IMG/VR virus record: IMGVR_UViG_3300046799_000011
Coordinates: 47,670 to 111,669 of that record
DNA length: 64,000 nucleotides
Strand: one strand, 5' to 3'
From: a virus
Numbering within the stretch: position 1 is the stretch's first letter; each line of letters opens with the position of its first letter. Below are positions 1 through 10,289 of the stretch, one piece after another. The translations under genes were made by a program, and so were the position numbers. Below the pieces are notes generated by a model. The model made no database searches, was not told the origin of the DNA, and saw only the letters and a list, made by a program, of their open reading frames with translations.

Positions 1-430
1 TATCATCACGTATTCCGTTCTTGTGATGTACGTTCTCCCCCGCAATGAGCGGCCTACCTAAATGCGCAGACATTACTAGCACGTGCTCTAGTATGTACCC
101 AGATTTAGATGCATTAGGGTGCCCATGATTATACGGAAGAAGAATATATCCGTCAGACGTTTTTGACGGCTTAGCCTCTCCTGGGAGGGCTTTAATAATT
201 ACTGGGTATTCTGCGTCTCCGTATTTTCTTAGTCTTTGGTAATGCTTACTACATATGCCTAGACATTTAGTTATATTTTTACAGTCAAGAATTTTACAAA
301 CAGTACGTTTAATCCGCTTGTCAGCCAAAGGGTCTCCGTAATGTAACCATTGTCGATAATGATTCTCACAGAAACCCTTTGACCTATGCTTCTTGTTACA
401 GTTTTCTACTGTACAACTAGATATTTTCAC
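1..430 (-). CDS. HNH homing endonuclease (3' end truncated by window)
   Basis: Manual translation, not in ORF track: two CxxxxC...CxxHY repeats, then [29 protein letters not shown] (HNH_3-type motif). Confidence 0.85.
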   Translation of the reverse strand, partial: MKISSCTVENCNKKHRSKGFCENHYRQWLHYGDPLADKRIKRTVCKILDCKNITKCLGICSKHYQRLRKYGDAEYPVIIKALPGEAKPSKTSDGYILLPYNHGHPNASKSGYILEHVLVMSAHLGRPLIAGENVHHKNGIRDD

Positions 431-854
431 TTAGAATTCTCCGAAACAGTTCCGCCGCCCTTACTGCGAAGTCTGTATCAGACAATCTTTTTCCCTTGTC
501 TGGCCATAAGACGCCACAGTCACGAGCTATAGTTACCAGACCCTCAACCATGGCTCTATTATACATTCTTCTGCGGCCACGAATGTCTTCAGATGGCCTA
601 GTGAAAGGGGATCGGGGTAAGATTCCTTCCCGTTCCCATTTTCTCAGTGTTACTGATGAACGATTACCTAGAGCTTTACCAAGTTGTCCTATAGCGAAGA
701 ACTCCACCTCCTTGCCCTTCATTAAGAAAATAAAGGGCTTGGCATCCCACTTCTCTATGTCTTTTTCCTGAACCTCTCGTACCTTCTCAAAGATGAGAGG
801 GGTTGTGGATCCCGGAAAGACTTTTGCTAACTGCTCTTGCCAAGTATTAGCCAT
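417..854 (-). CDS. MerR-like HTH DNA-binding protein
   Basis: [26 protein letters not shown]...RRMY matches the MerR HTH pattern. Confidence 0.75.
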   Translation of the reverse strand: MANTWQEQLAKVFPGSTTPLIFEKVREVQEKDIEKWDAKPFIFLMKGKEVEFFAIGQLGKALGNRSSVTLRKWEREGILPRSPFTRPSEDIRGRRRMYNRAMVEGLVTIARDCGVLWPDKGKRLSDTDFAVRAAELFRRILSENI

Positions 855-1044
855 CTACATCCCGAATGTCACTAATAGCAGTCTCAGCAAACAGGTGGTC
901 AGAAAGCTCTGTCTCCATAAGAGAATAGAAATCCTCCCAGGAATACTCATCCATAGCCGCTGCGTACTGCTCATCCGTTAGTTCCAGAGTAAGTGATGGG
1001 GGATTCTCAAAGATAATCTTTACCTTACGCATCAGTACCCACAA
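847..1044 (-). CDS. hypothetical protein
   Basis: ORF tightly packed with neighbours. Confidence 0.55.
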   Translation of the reverse strand: MWVLMRKVKIIFENPPSLTLELTDEQYAAAMDEYSWEDFYSLMETELSDHLFAETAISDIRDVDG

Positions 1045-1586
1045 TCGTATTCAAACTGAACAACACGGGTAGGAGTTACAACTACCTTAGTATCATTACC
1101 GAATACTCCACGTAAGGCATCCTCAAATCTACCAGCGTCCACGGGAACGTCAATCTCACTCATGATATCTCCGTCAGGATGATCGGAAGACTCAAAGTCA
1201 TACTCGGAATAGTAGTAGTCCTTGCCCGGATATGCAAGGTCCATGTCAGGCTCATCCTCTTCAAGCCATGCCGCAGCCACAATGGCGTTGGTAGTGATCT
1301 TGGGCTCACGTACACCGAACTCACAGGGGTCTCCGTCATTGAATCCTGGTGTGTACTGCTCCCACATAACCGCCGTAACACCGTACTTCTCAAAAGCTAC
1401 CTTGAAATACTCATACAAGTTTTCAATAGGCTCCTGAATAGCACGAGACCAACCACCATAGTTACCCTCAATCTTGATATCCATGAAGGTAGCGTCAGGC
1501 TTGCTGTCCTTGGTTAAAAATGTCATTAAAGCTCCCAGCTTCTTTACGAATCGATCCGGACATCCAACGACTTGTGTCATCGTCAT
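1032..1586 (-). CDS. hypothetical phage protein (true start probably near 1526)
   Basis: Acidic ORF with WEQYTPGFNDGDPCEF motif. Confidence 0.7.
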   Translation of the reverse strand: MTMTQVVGCPDRFVKKLGALMTFLTKDSKPDATFMDIKIEGNYGGWSRAIQEPIENLYEYFKVAFEKYGVTAVMWEQYTPGFNDGDPCEFGVREPKITTNAIVAAAWLEEDEPDMDLAYPGKDYYYSEYDFESSDHPDGDIMSEIDVPVDAGRFEDALRGVFGNDTKVVVTPTRVVQFEYDCGY

Positions 1587-1887
1587 AAGGAATGTGCTTC
1601 AAATAGTGTTCAGGATTCGGAAGGAATCCCAAGTCTTCTACAATATGCCGCTCAGCAATAAGACGAACAGGCACCTGAATTGTCTTCTTATTCTTCTGGA
1701 TAGTAATAGTAGTACCGAATAGCTCCTCACACAGGTAAACACCAAGGGTGTGATGGTACATGGCGCGATGGCGGTAGTCACCGAGGGTCTTCTTAGAACT
1801 GTCAATGAAGTTCTCTATAGGAAGATAGTCCTCGGGAACTCCGCCCCATTTATGTGAGGCGGAGACCGCGTGGTACCAGGAATTCAT
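1495..1887 (-). CDS. conserved His-rich phage protein (DUF6915-like)
   Basis: HAVSASHKWGG...HRAMYHH...AERHIVEDLGF pattern. Confidence 0.7.
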   Translation of the reverse strand: MNSWYHAVSASHKWGGVPEDYLPIENFIDSSKKTLGDYRHRAMYHHTLGVYLCEELFGTTITIQKNKKTIQVPVRLIAERHIVEDLGFLPNPEHYLKHIPYDDDTSRWMSGSIRKEAGSFNDIFNQGQQA

Positions 1888-2088
1888 TTAACTGAACTCC
1901 TTTACCTCTGCCTTATAGTGCTTGTGCTCCTGCTTGAAGAACTTATAAAGTTCCTCAGTGAAACTCCAGTCAGCCACATAAAGATCAAGAGTCGTAATAA
2001 ACTCAATAAGTTCTTCGTGGGTGAGCTGACCGGACAGTTCCTGAGCGATATCATCTGTATCAAGATTAATAAAAGCACCGAATTCCAT
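1888..2088 (-). CDS. hypothetical protein
   Basis: Abutting ORF in operon. Confidence 0.65.
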   Translation of the reverse strand: MEFGAFINLDTDDIAQELSGQLTHEELIEFITTLDLYVADWSFTEELYKFFKQEHKHYKAEVKEFS

Positions 2089-2333
2089 TAGACTCCCTTA
2101 AGTTCCATGTAGTACTTATCCAAATGGGCTTCACATACTAGGTCTACTTCATCCTCGTAATACCAAGCGCCGGATAGCATCTTCTCACCGTCGCGGGCTA
2201 CGTCAATACACTTGACGATATAGTAGACTACTGAGTCATCAGGATCAATCCATGTGGACATGATCTTGATAGTTACAGCATTACGACTGACTTCAAATTC
2301 GTTTGTCAGCAACTGATTGATCTGAAACAACAA
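2088..2333 (-). CDS. hypothetical protein
   Basis: Abutting ORF in operon. Confidence 0.6.
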   Translation of the reverse strand: MLFQINQLLTNEFEVSRNAVTIKIMSTWIDPDDSVVYYIVKCIDVARDGEKMLSGAWYYEDEVDLVCEAHLDKYYMELKGV

Positions 2334-2610
2334 CGGGCACCCACTTAATAGTAGTAACTTCCTTAGGCTCTACCTGAACAGCCTCTACATAGCCACGGGT
2401 ATCTTCCCAACAGTCCTGACCCTCTTGATTCTCTGTGGCAGGATCCATGTAGTCAACCGCGTAATGCTTACCATCATCCGCTAGGAATATAAGCTCACGC
2501 CAGGTATACCAGCGATGCTTATCCAGTTCCCGATTGGCGATGGCTTCCCAGGGAAGTTCATACTCCTCTTCCAGCTCTTCAACAGAGAACTTACGAATTA
2601 CCTTAGCCAA
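2293..2610 (-). CDS. hypothetical protein
   Basis: Acidic phage-like ORF. Confidence 0.7.
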   Translation of the reverse strand: MAKVIRKFSVEELEEEYELPWEAIANRELDKHRWYTWRELIFLADDGKHYAVDYMDPATENQEGQDCWEDTRGYVEAVQVEPKEVTTIKWVPVVVSDQSVADKRI

Positions 2611-2842
2611 AATTCTCTACCTCTTCCAATACTTGGTCAACAATCCTGAATAACTTTACAATATCTCCGCAATAAGGACTGCTAGCAGTTGCGGTAACAC
2701 TTCGTCTAGTCTTATGAAATCTCCAGACACCAGCGCTATCAACGCTAGCGAATTCTGGGAAAGCAATACCATGTGCGACCATCTGTTCTCCTCTAATAAT
2801 CCATAGCCACTCTCCTCGTTAAAGGAGAATGACTAAAGACAA

Positions 2843-3190
2843 TTAGCGACGCTTACGAGTAGTAGACTTCCAACCCGGAACCGGCACAGCCTTGCGCGGA
2901 GTAGTGGTTGTGGGCTTGTACGTCTTGGGCTTAACCATAGGCTTCGGGGTGGCAACCTTGATGGTGTGCTGAGTGCCGTGAGGCTTGTACTGGTAGGTAT
3001 GAGTAACGTAGTACTTGTGGGTAACACGAACCGTCTTGGGGTGCGTGTAGTAGTGATAGTGGTGCGCGGTGTCATAGTAACCATACTGAACCACGTAGTC
3101 ATACTGCGGAGTAGCGGGACTAGACCCACATGCAACAGCACCAGCAATAATTGCCGTGGCAATACCCGCAGCAGCAAAAACCTTACGCAA
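2843..3190 (-). CDS. putative lipoprotein, His/Tyr/Thr-rich
   Basis: Basic N-terminus, hydrophobic core, lipobox AVAC-GSS. Confidence 0.7.
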   Translation of the reverse strand: MRKVFAAAGIATAIIAGAVACGSSPATPQYDYVVQYGYYDTAHHYHYYTHPKTVRVTHKYYVTHTYQYKPHGTQHTIKVATPKPMVKPKTYKPTTTTPRKAVPVPGWKSTTRKRR

Positions 3191-3208
3191 CGTACTCTCC
3201 TTTGTTGT

Positions 3209-3637
3209 TTAAACCTTGGTCGGGCTGAATGCCCAGGTTACATTGACATCCTGTAGACTGTCAAGTTCCTCTTGAGTCAGTTCCTCATTGACGAACAAGT
3301 CCCACAGTACATCCTGATCCACGTGTTGTACAGTCACCAACAGCCTCTCGCGGTCATACTCAGTCAGATTTTCGTAGGCCCATCTGACTACCCGCTCCTC
3401 ATTGAGAACCTTACTGGTCTTCTTAACTCTTTGCAAGCTAGCGTACTGCTGACCACTAACCTCAAGAGGCTCCTCAAACGCTAGCACATGAGAGCCACGT
3501 GCGTTAGTCTCTGCTGCGCTCAAGTAGGGAGACAGCTCATTCTTAATGTCTTCCTGCTGCTGCTTGAGATCCTTGATCTCTTGATTGAGTAATAGATAAC
3601 GGCCTACCTTGGCCTTGACTACGGGATTATCATTCAT
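3209..3637 (-). CDS. hypothetical coiled-coil protein
   Basis: Long ORF in operon. Confidence 0.7.
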   Translation of the reverse strand: MNDNPVVKAKVGRYLLLNQEIKDLKQQQEDIKNELSPYLSAAETNARGSHVLAFEEPLEVSGQQYASLQRVKKTSKVLNEERVVRWAYENLTEYDRERLLVTVQHVDQDVLWDLFVNEELTQEELDSLQDVNVTWAFSPTKV

Positions 3638-4178
3638 ATCTCACCTTATTAATAACCATACGGGAGTCAGATGTACGAAGCTGCTTAGTAACATAGGTAT
3701 TTACCGCTTCAACATCATCAAACGAAAGCTTAGCGCTCGTTATACCACTAGAAATAAGAACTTCCCAGTAGTGGTCGGGGCGTACACGGAATACAATAAG
3801 ACCTGCACGCCCGTTATTGAAATATGTTCCAGAAGCCCAACTATCCTGCCCAGTTGTCTTGAACTGGATATTCCTACTAGCCAGAAGCTGACTCACGGTA
3901 ACTGTGGCTCGTGTCTGTCGCTGAATACTCACAGCACAGCCCTCATCAATAAGTTTTGCAACTCGTGACATAGCTGTATCCTTCGAACCTGTAACGAGAT
4001 CAGGCTTATCCGCTACATCCAAGACATAAGTGTGACTGGGCTTTACGCGAAACTCTACGCCAGAATTGTAGGTCAAGGTACTATCAGCATCCTGCCATTC
4101 CCCATAGGGATCTACATTCCAGGTAGGTATCTCTGCTTTCTTCTCTCGGTACTGAATTCCTTCTAGAAAGTTAGTCAT
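3630..4178 (-). CDS. hypothetical protein
   Basis: 182-aa ORF with GAGGAG RBS. Confidence 0.75.
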   Translation of the reverse strand: MTNFLEGIQYREKKAEIPTWNVDPYGEWQDADSTLTYNSGVEFRVKPSHTYVLDVADKPDLVTGSKDTAMSRVAKLIDEGCAVSIQRQTRATVTVSQLLASRNIQFKTTGQDSWASGTYFNNGRAGLIVFRVRPDHYWEVLISSGITSAKLSFDDVEAVNTYVTKQLRTSDSRMVINKVRYE

Positions 4179-4228
4179 TTAATTCTCCTCATATACTTAC
4201 TTATAAGTTTACCTGTAGGGTAAGACAA

Positions 4229-5227
4229 TCAGCGGTACTGAATCATACTATATGCATTCAGTACCGCTGATTGAATATCACTGTTAGTTACGCCCTCAGT
4301 TCCCAGGTCTTTTGCTTCTGGGATATGAGAATAGTTAATAAACTTTATTCTTCTACCGCTGCGAAGATATCGCTCCCGCAAGGAACGCATTTTATTCAGA
4401 CCCACAGTGTCATTGTCCAGGGCAAAGATTACTATCTCTGCTCTGTCGAATAGAAGATCTAGTTGTTTGTCAGAAATCTGTACGCCGTAGGAAGATACAG
4501 CGCCAGAGATCCCAGCAGTATAAAGGCGTAGACAGTCCAACGGACTTTCCAGGACGATTGCTGTTGATCCACGTAGAACCTCAATTCCAAATAGTGTGTC
4601 ACCCTTGGGAACTCTTCCCGGCTTATTACAAAACCAGCCTTCTCCCTTTTCCTGGTACCCCCATAGCTCTCCTGTATAAGGAGAACGTATGGGGAGTATC
4701 CAGTTATTCTTCTTCGGATCCCATAGGACTCCGTAGTGACTTACAGCTCCCGCAGAAACTCGTCGTCCGTCCAGTGCCGAGTGCGGTGGAGCATCGAAGA
4801 GCGCCAGTCGTGCTTCATTCCACGGCTGTACCCAGTCGTCTCCTTGGAGACCACCAGTCCGCCCTTCGGGATCCGCCAGAATTCGTCGTAGTCGAGAGAC
4901 TCCACCGCGACTACGGACCCATTGTTCTGCATCTGATCGATCATATCCTTTAACCTCCTGGACTAGGTAAACGAATGAACCCTTGAAACCACAACTGAAA
5001 CAACTGTGTTGGCCTGTTTCAGTATTAATACTCCACTTATCAGGCCGGTTATTGTACTTTCCCCGCCTTTCAAAGTGGCCTGGACACAGAGCCCAAGCTT
5101 CCTCATGAACAATGCGGGCTACTTCGATGCCCAGTTCCTCAAGACAAGCTAGCACATCCCCCGGAATAGGGGTACCTGTACTAGCCCACCCATTAGAAAC
5201 CGGAGAACGCTGTCCCGTATTCTTCAT
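4229..5227 (-). CDS. DNA primase (zinc finger + TOPRIM); start uncertain
   Basis: CPGH...CFSC zinc finger; ESPLD and ALDND TOPRIM motifs; adjacent to helicase. Confidence 0.9.
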   Translation of the reverse strand: MKNTGQRSPVSNGWASTGTPIPGDVLACLEELGIEVARIVHEEAWALCPGHFERRGKYNNRPDKWSINTETGQHSCFSCGFKGSFVYLVQEVKGYDRSDAEQWVRSRGGVSRLRRILADPEGRTGGLQGDDWVQPWNEARLALFDAPPHSALDGRRVSAGAVSHYGVLWDPKKNNWILPIRSPYTGELWGYQEKGEGWFCNKPGRVPKGDTLFGIEVLRGSTAIVLESPLDCLRLYTAGISGAVSSYGVQISDKQLDLLFDRAEIVIFALDNDTVGLNKMRSLRERYLRSGRRIKFINYSHIPEAKDLGTEGVTNSDIQSAVLNAYSMIQYR

Positions 5228-6464
5228 TCATTAGCTCCTGATCAATATCGTCGTCCAGATCGAAGCCTTCCAACTCTACAAACTGTCCTGTATCGTAGTC
5301 GAACATTAGCACAATCTCGCATGGAGCACAAGAACGAGAGAGAAGGATCTTCATCTTCCGCATCTTAGGATCTTCTGTGCGCTCAATACCAATGACGGTA
5401 TTAGAGTACTGTATGAACGCACGAGAACCCATGATGGAGTCGTTGTTCAGAGTCTCACCCTTAGTACGTGCTGGGGTTGACTGTGTCACAGCGACAATAC
5501 AAATACTACGTCGCATGGCCATGAACTTCAAGCCGGAGATGATGTTGGTCAGGGCTGCGGGTGATCCCTTGTTCTCACCATTCTCGTCGTCCAGCATATA
5601 GGTACCGTCAATAATGACAACATGCGGCTTAAAGATATCAACCTTCGCACCAATAGCCGTGACTGTCATACAGTCCTCAGAGATCATCATAGGCTCATAC
5701 TCTTCAGTAGCCTGGATTCCCTCTTGAAGTTTCTGCCAATTCTCCTGATTAATGTTTCCACTATTCAGGAGGTTGTCATTGAACCCCGCACGATAGGCAT
5801 CAAGCCTACGCTCCTGCTCTTCAACTGTCTGTTCGTACGTCAGGTACAGTACTCGGTAACCACTCTCCTGGATAGTCATAGCCATCCGTAGGGCAAGGGT
5901 AGACTTACTAGCCTTTGCCAGACCTGTCACTGTGACAAGCTGACCAGGCTGAAGGCCCTGTGTGGCTCTGTCGATCGTTGGGAAGCCTGTCGGGACACCT
6001 ACTAGGGTACCGGGGTTGTTCTTGCGTTCTAGGTACCTTGCAAGCCGTTCTGAGCCGTTCTGAGAGACATCCACGTCACGGCTATTGGGGATTGCAGTGT
6101 GCGCCTTGGAAAGAGTGACACCCAGGAAGTTAATTGCGTCCTCAATACGGTTGTCCTCATACGCATCATTGAACTTATCCAAGTTCTCTGCGAGGACTCC
6201 CTTGACATACTGGAGTTCAATTCTCTTCTTAATGTCTGCCCAAGGCTCATCTACTGGAACCAGAATTGCGCCAGGACAATCCAGCATAAAGACACGCTTA
6301 GTAGGTACAGAACCTATCTCAGAATAATACTTTCTGATGTACTCAAAAGCCTTGCGATAATCACTGTCATGCAAGAAGTATGAAGGAACATCAGCGACTT
6401 CCACCATGTCTTGCTCTTGGATTATCTTTGAAATAAATAGCTTCTCGACATTGAACGTCGCCAA
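5193..6464 (-). CDS. dnaB: DnaB-like replicative helicase
   Basis: GVPTGFPTIDRATQGLQPGQLVTVTGLAKASKS Walker A region; LTYEQ, VIIDG, VAVTQ motifs. Confidence 0.92.
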   Translation of the reverse strand: MATFNVEKLFISKIIQEQDMVEVADVPSYFLHDSDYRKAFEYIRKYYSEIGSVPTKRVFMLDCPGAILVPVDEPWADIKKRIELQYVKGVLAENLDKFNDAYEDNRIEDAINFLGVTLSKAHTAIPNSRDVDVSQNGSERLARYLERKNNPGTLVGVPTGFPTIDRATQGLQPGQLVTVTGLAKASKSTLALRMAMTIQESGYRVLYLTYEQTVEEQERRLDAYRAGFNDNLLNSGNINQENWQKLQEGIQATEEYEPMMISEDCMTVTAIGAKVDIFKPHVVIIDGTYMLDDENGENKGSPAALTNIISGLKFMAMRRSICIVAVTQSTPARTKGETLNNDSIMGSRAFIQYSNTVIGIERTEDPKMRKMKILLSRSCAPCEIVLMFDYDTGQFVELEGFDLDDDIDQELMNEEYGTAFSGF

Positions 6465-6472
6465 AACCCCTC

Positions 6473-6925
6473 CTAGGTAATAAGGTTGATCAAGTTGAAC
6501 TGGTCTGAGGAACAGTACCTACCCTTACTACCCCAAGTCAAGTAGCGTTTAGGTTCAGGATCCAACACACTGATGATGGCAGGATCGTAGGTCAAGTCTG
6601 CTAGTAGTAGCTCTGTGTCGTAGTAGTGTACATCTCCGAATAGTAGGTTACGGCTGTCCAATTTATCTCTGATAGCTGAAACAAAGGCGGGATCTATAAA
6701 GGTAATAACGTCTACTCTGAAACGTTGTCTCCAATATAGATCCCGAATTCCCTGTGAAGTCTTTATATTCAATTGATAATAGTCTGCTGCCTGTTCCCAC
6801 TTTTTCCTTTTTCGCGCCAACTGCTCTGCGAGTCGGTCCTTGGTATTAGGCAGTAGACCAATTAAGTTTTCGAATACTACATAGATTCTTGGGAGAGTTT
6901 CAGAACTTAACTCACCCTTCCTCAT
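6473..6925 (-). CDS. hypothetical protein
   Basis: 150-aa ORF directly upstream of helicase. Confidence 0.75.
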   Translation of the reverse strand: MRKGELSSETLPRIYVVFENLIGLLPNTKDRLAEQLARKRKKWEQAADYYQLNIKTSQGIRDLYWRQRFRVDVITFIDPAFVSAIRDKLDSRNLLFGDVHYYDTELLLADLTYDPAIISVLDPEPKRYLTWGSKGRYCSSDQFNLINLIT

Positions 6926-7071
6926 TCAGCATCTTCTCAATACGATACTGGGCACGGTCAGCGTAGAACTGAATCCACCGGTCATCCAACTCTCCCATAT
7001 CCAGGGGGTCAGTTGCTACCTTGTTATCCTCAGGGGTCCAGTCTCCCGGATCCTCTCCACCGTACGTTACA

Positions 7072-7398
7072 TTAGCCATGCTGAATCTCCTCGTAAGTTC
7101 CATTACAACAACCGTCACAGCCATGGATTCCCATGCCGTGAGCACCTTGCCTTGAAAAGAAGGCTACACTGTCCGGATCACTATGTCCAATCCCATGAGG
7201 GCAGAAACGCTCAGCTAATCCGTACTTGAATGAATCTCTGCGAATAGCGATAGGCGCATCCTTTAAGGGATGATCAGAAGGATTATGTATGGCACAGAAC
7301 TCTCCAGCACATACCGCTGCCTTGTGTACGTTCCATACTTCGGGAGAATCGTCCGTAAATTTATCATACTTCCATGTTTTGTTTTGTCTTAACTTCAT
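7072..7398 (-). CDS. hypothetical Cys/His-rich protein
   Basis: CAIHNPSDH...ERFCPHGIGHSDPD...HGCDGCC. Confidence 0.7.
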   Translation of the reverse strand: MKLRQNKTWKYDKFTDDSPEVWNVHKAAVCAGEFCAIHNPSDHPLKDAPIAIRRDSFKYGLAERFCPHGIGHSDPDSVAFFSRQGAHGMGIHGCDGCCNGTYEEIQHG

Positions 7399-7404
7399 AT
7401 ATTC

Positions 7405-7626
7405 CTACTGGGGATCGGCTTGGACATAAACGGTATTACCTCTGGTGCGGTTGACTACCCGATGAGGATTTTTGGTTTCCTTTGCTGCTCTACGTGTACG
7501 CTGGGCAGCTCCTAGTTTACCTGCGGTCAGTTGCATGTCATCATGCCAATTACCATTGACTAATACCTGAAGCCAGTAAACGTCTCCTACTTCATGCTTT
7601 GGCATTACGTAAAGTCCAATCCACAT
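7405..7626 (-). CDS. hypothetical protein
   Basis: Packed ORF. Confidence 0.55.
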   Translation of the reverse strand: MWIGLYVMPKHEVGDVYWLQVLVNGNWHDDMQLTAGKLGAAQRTRRAAKETKNPHRVVNRTRGNTVYVQADPQ

Positions 7627-7850
7627 CCGGGGCAGACAAGATTCTGCTCGTAGTTAATCCATACACCAAAGGGCTCATCCGCTCTTGGGCATTCGTCTGG
7701 CTCATAGGTACCAATACCTAGATGCCGTTCCCGGTATTCAATATCGTGGGTAAAATGCCCAAGACCAAAGAAAGACCGATGCTCGGGTGGAAGCTCCTTA
7801 AGGGTAAGAACCTTACCGTCAAACTCTACTAGCTCCTCCGGATTGACCAT
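7605..7850 (-). CDS. hypothetical protein with C-terminal CxxC
   Basis: Packed ORF; CPGC. Confidence 0.6.
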   Translation of the reverse strand: MVNPEELVEFDGKVLTLKELPPEHRSFFGLGHFTHDIEYRERHLGIGTYEPDECPRADEPFGVWINYEQNLVCPGCGLDFT

Positions 7851-8215
7851 GGAATTATTCCCTTCAAGTCTAGTTCAATTGTTAGGTTACAGGCATAAGA
7901 GTTACAGAAGAAACCGTTGTAATCAATATCTATACGGCGCGTCTTACGATTACAGATAAAACAGGGCATTGGCCAATTAAGCGCAGCAGATTTCAGGTAA
8001 TCAATATCAAATCCAGAAGGATCTAACCAGGTGTACCCATGTTCATCAGTCCATGGGTACACCACAGTCTCACTCGTAGTCATCATAGTCTTTCTCCTCC
8101 ACCTCACAGGCATGGTCATCCATTTCCATGAACGTACCATTATCCTGCGGAGCAAAAGCCCATGCCTGATCACACTCACCACAATACCAATGACCATAGA
8201 AACTAATCTCATCCA

Positions 8216-9130
8216 TCAGAAGTCTCCCTCGGCAACCTGTAGTACCTTGATACCCAGCTTGCGCATACGACGGACTACACGGTCACGATCGTCCAACCAG
8301 AATTCCACATTGAAGTTGTCCCGAATGTGGGTGTCAAACAGGAACTGCTTAACATCCGCGTCGTTGTCCTTCAGCATATCAGCCGGACGCATGAACAGGT
8401 GGTCGCAAGGAACATTCTTACGAGACAGCCAGTCCAGAGTCTGAACCCGGTTGTTACTAACATCAGGGCGACCCGACAGAGCAAGCGCAAAGTACCCATC
8501 GTAATTGGAGTACTTACTGATGATATCCGCAATCTCCATGTGCAATCCATCCGTGTCAAGACGGCTGTAGTCATAAGGACTACGGTGATCATGCCTTGCC
8601 ACAGTACCATCCAGATCATAGACGATGGCCAGTGGCTTACTCTGATCTGGAACGTAAAGAGGTGACAGCGTAACATCATTCATGAACTCAGCCGTAAGCC
8701 TCCAGGGCTTCTCAAGCTGACGTGCCATATTCTTGATGACAGTTGAACCAACAGGATTATCCCGCTGGGCATCCCGCTCAATGCATACGTCAACAGGAAC
8801 ATCAGTGAAGTCGGCAATGGAAAAGAGAACATCTCCGTCAAAGAGCTTCTTAATCCGGGTAGGGGACTTACTGTTCAAATTGGTATCGTGAACGATAACA
8901 TCCTTGCCCGCCTTAATCCCACTAACAATAACGCCATCCTGAATCTTGGATACTAGATTCTCCTGATCCTTATTCCCGATAGGAAAACATCCGATCATCT
9001 TGCGAATGTCATCTCGGGAAACCAAGATGATCTGCTCAGGGTCTCGGTTCTGCGTTGCAACTGCCCACGTACTCTTGCCTGATCCCGGGAGTCCCGTTGT
9101 CAGAATAATGCTTGGCATTACTTCTCCCAT
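8216..9130 (-). CDS. pseT: polynucleotide 5'-kinase/3'-phosphatase (T4 PseT-like)
   Basis: GLPGSGKST P-loop, SRDDIR; C-terminal HAD DLDGT, SGR and DDR motifs. Confidence 0.93.
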   Translation of the reverse strand: MGEVMPSIILTTGLPGSGKSTWAVATQNRDPEQIILVSRDDIRKMIGCFPIGNKDQENLVSKIQDGVIVSGIKAGKDVIVHDTNLNSKSPTRIKKLFDGDVLFSIADFTDVPVDVCIERDAQRDNPVGSTVIKNMARQLEKPWRLTAEFMNDVTLSPLYVPDQSKPLAIVYDLDGTVARHDHRSPYDYSRLDTDGLHMEIADIISKYSNYDGYFALALSGRPDVSNNRVQTLDWLSRKNVPCDHLFMRPADMLKDNDADVKQFLFDTHIRDNFNVEFWLDDRDRVVRRMRKLGIKVLQVAEGDF

Positions 9131-9324
9131 TCATAAAAGTTCTTGGCGTAGATAGTAGCGAATATTACACAGATCCATATGAAACCGTACTGATGTGTGA
9201 CGATAGCATAGGGAATCCACAGTACTTGGTACAAGAACCCAATAGCCCAGCCGATTCGTTTCTTACCAGCTAGGTAAGCACCTAATGCACCTACTGAGGA
9301 CAGAAACCAACTGGTCAGTTCCAT
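9118..9324 (-). CDS. small membrane protein (PnuC-like)
   Basis: Three short TM segments; LAGKKRIGWAIG pattern. Confidence 0.6.
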   Translation of the reverse strand: MELTSWFLSSVGALGAYLAGKKRIGWAIGFLYQVLWIPYAIVTHQYGFIWICVIFATIYAKNFYEWEK

Positions 9325-9734
9325 TAGTTACCATGTCTTCCGCTATGCCACGGCAGTGCCAGCCGATCATTAATTTTTCGAGGAATAATGTGTAGATGTA
9401 GATGAAATACACTCTGTGTAGCTACTCTGCCTTTAGAGGTAATAAGATTGAAATCCTCTCCTGGTAGCTCCTGCGTAAGTTGTGCTGCCCTAAACATAGT
9501 TGAAGCAGAAATAGCAGGTACGTGTGAAAAGTTTACAGAATGTCTCTTTGGGATAACAATAGTATGCCCAGCAACTACGGGGTCCAGCGGGATGATAGCC
9601 AGCGCGTCATCCCATTCTCTAACAATGTCTGCGGGCTCTATTTTTTCCACAATTTCACAGAATATACAGCCTGCGGTACTCCATCCCATATCTCTCCTTA
9701 AGATAAATCCAACAAGGCTGAGGGACTTATTCAC
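9324..9734 (-). CDS. HIT-family nucleotide hydrolase
   Basis: CIFC, GHTIVIPKRH, QSVFHLHLHIIPR. Confidence 0.92.
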   Translation of the reverse strand: MNKSLSLVGFILRRDMGWSTAGCIFCEIVEKIEPADIVREWDDALAIIPLDPVVAGHTIVIPKRHSVNFSHVPAISASTMFRAAQLTQELPGEDFNLITSKGRVATQSVFHLHLHIIPRKINDRLALPWHSGRHGN

Positions 9735-9771
9735 TATGCCTTATATTACCCTCAGCCAAGTTAAACCGATC

Positions 9772-10017
9772 TTACATATTGTCTAGTGCTGAGTAGATCT
9801 TTTCCATTGCAGCATCATGACCGCTCTGCCAACCGTCATCGTACGTATCCTCGTTACGATTCTCACCGCCATCAGAGTAGGCTGACTCAAAGAACCTGTC
9901 AAGGAAGTCATAGAGCGCGTCTTCCAGGTTGTTGGCATCGTAAGGATTGGAGGGCAGGAGGACACCATGATCCTCAAGAATATTCCGTACCTCTACGCTG
10001 GCCTTGTGAGCATCCAT
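9772..10017 (-). CDS. hypothetical protein
   Basis: Packed acidic ORF. Confidence 0.65.
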   Translation of the reverse strand: MDAHKASVEVRNILEDHGVLLPSNPYDANNLEDALYDFLDRFFESAYSDGGENRNEDTYDDGWQSGHDAAMEKIYSALDNM

Positions 10018-10289
10018 TAGACTTCCTTCTCCTCGTTGTACTTGGTCTCTGTCTTGTGAAGCATAGCGTAGACTGCCTCTTCCAGCAACTCGAACTCTGC
10101 GTAGCAGTCCGCCATCTCTTCCCAGGCTTCCTTGAGTTCATCAGGAAGATCATAGTCATCCACATCCCGAATACCGTACTCCAGTACAGCAGAGATGCCA
10201 CCTTCCCACTCAATCTTTCCGAGTAGGTCAAAAATATTACGCGATTCTGTCATATTAATCCTTAGTCTTTCGGGTATCCTGACCCACAA
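10017..10289 (-). CDS. hypothetical protein (true start near 10253)
   Basis: Packed acidic ORF. Confidence 0.65.
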   Translation of the reverse strand: MWVRIPERLRINMTESRNIFDLLGKIEWEGGISAVLEYGIRDVDDYDLPDELKEAWEEMADCYAEFELLEEAVYAMLHKTETKYNEEKEV

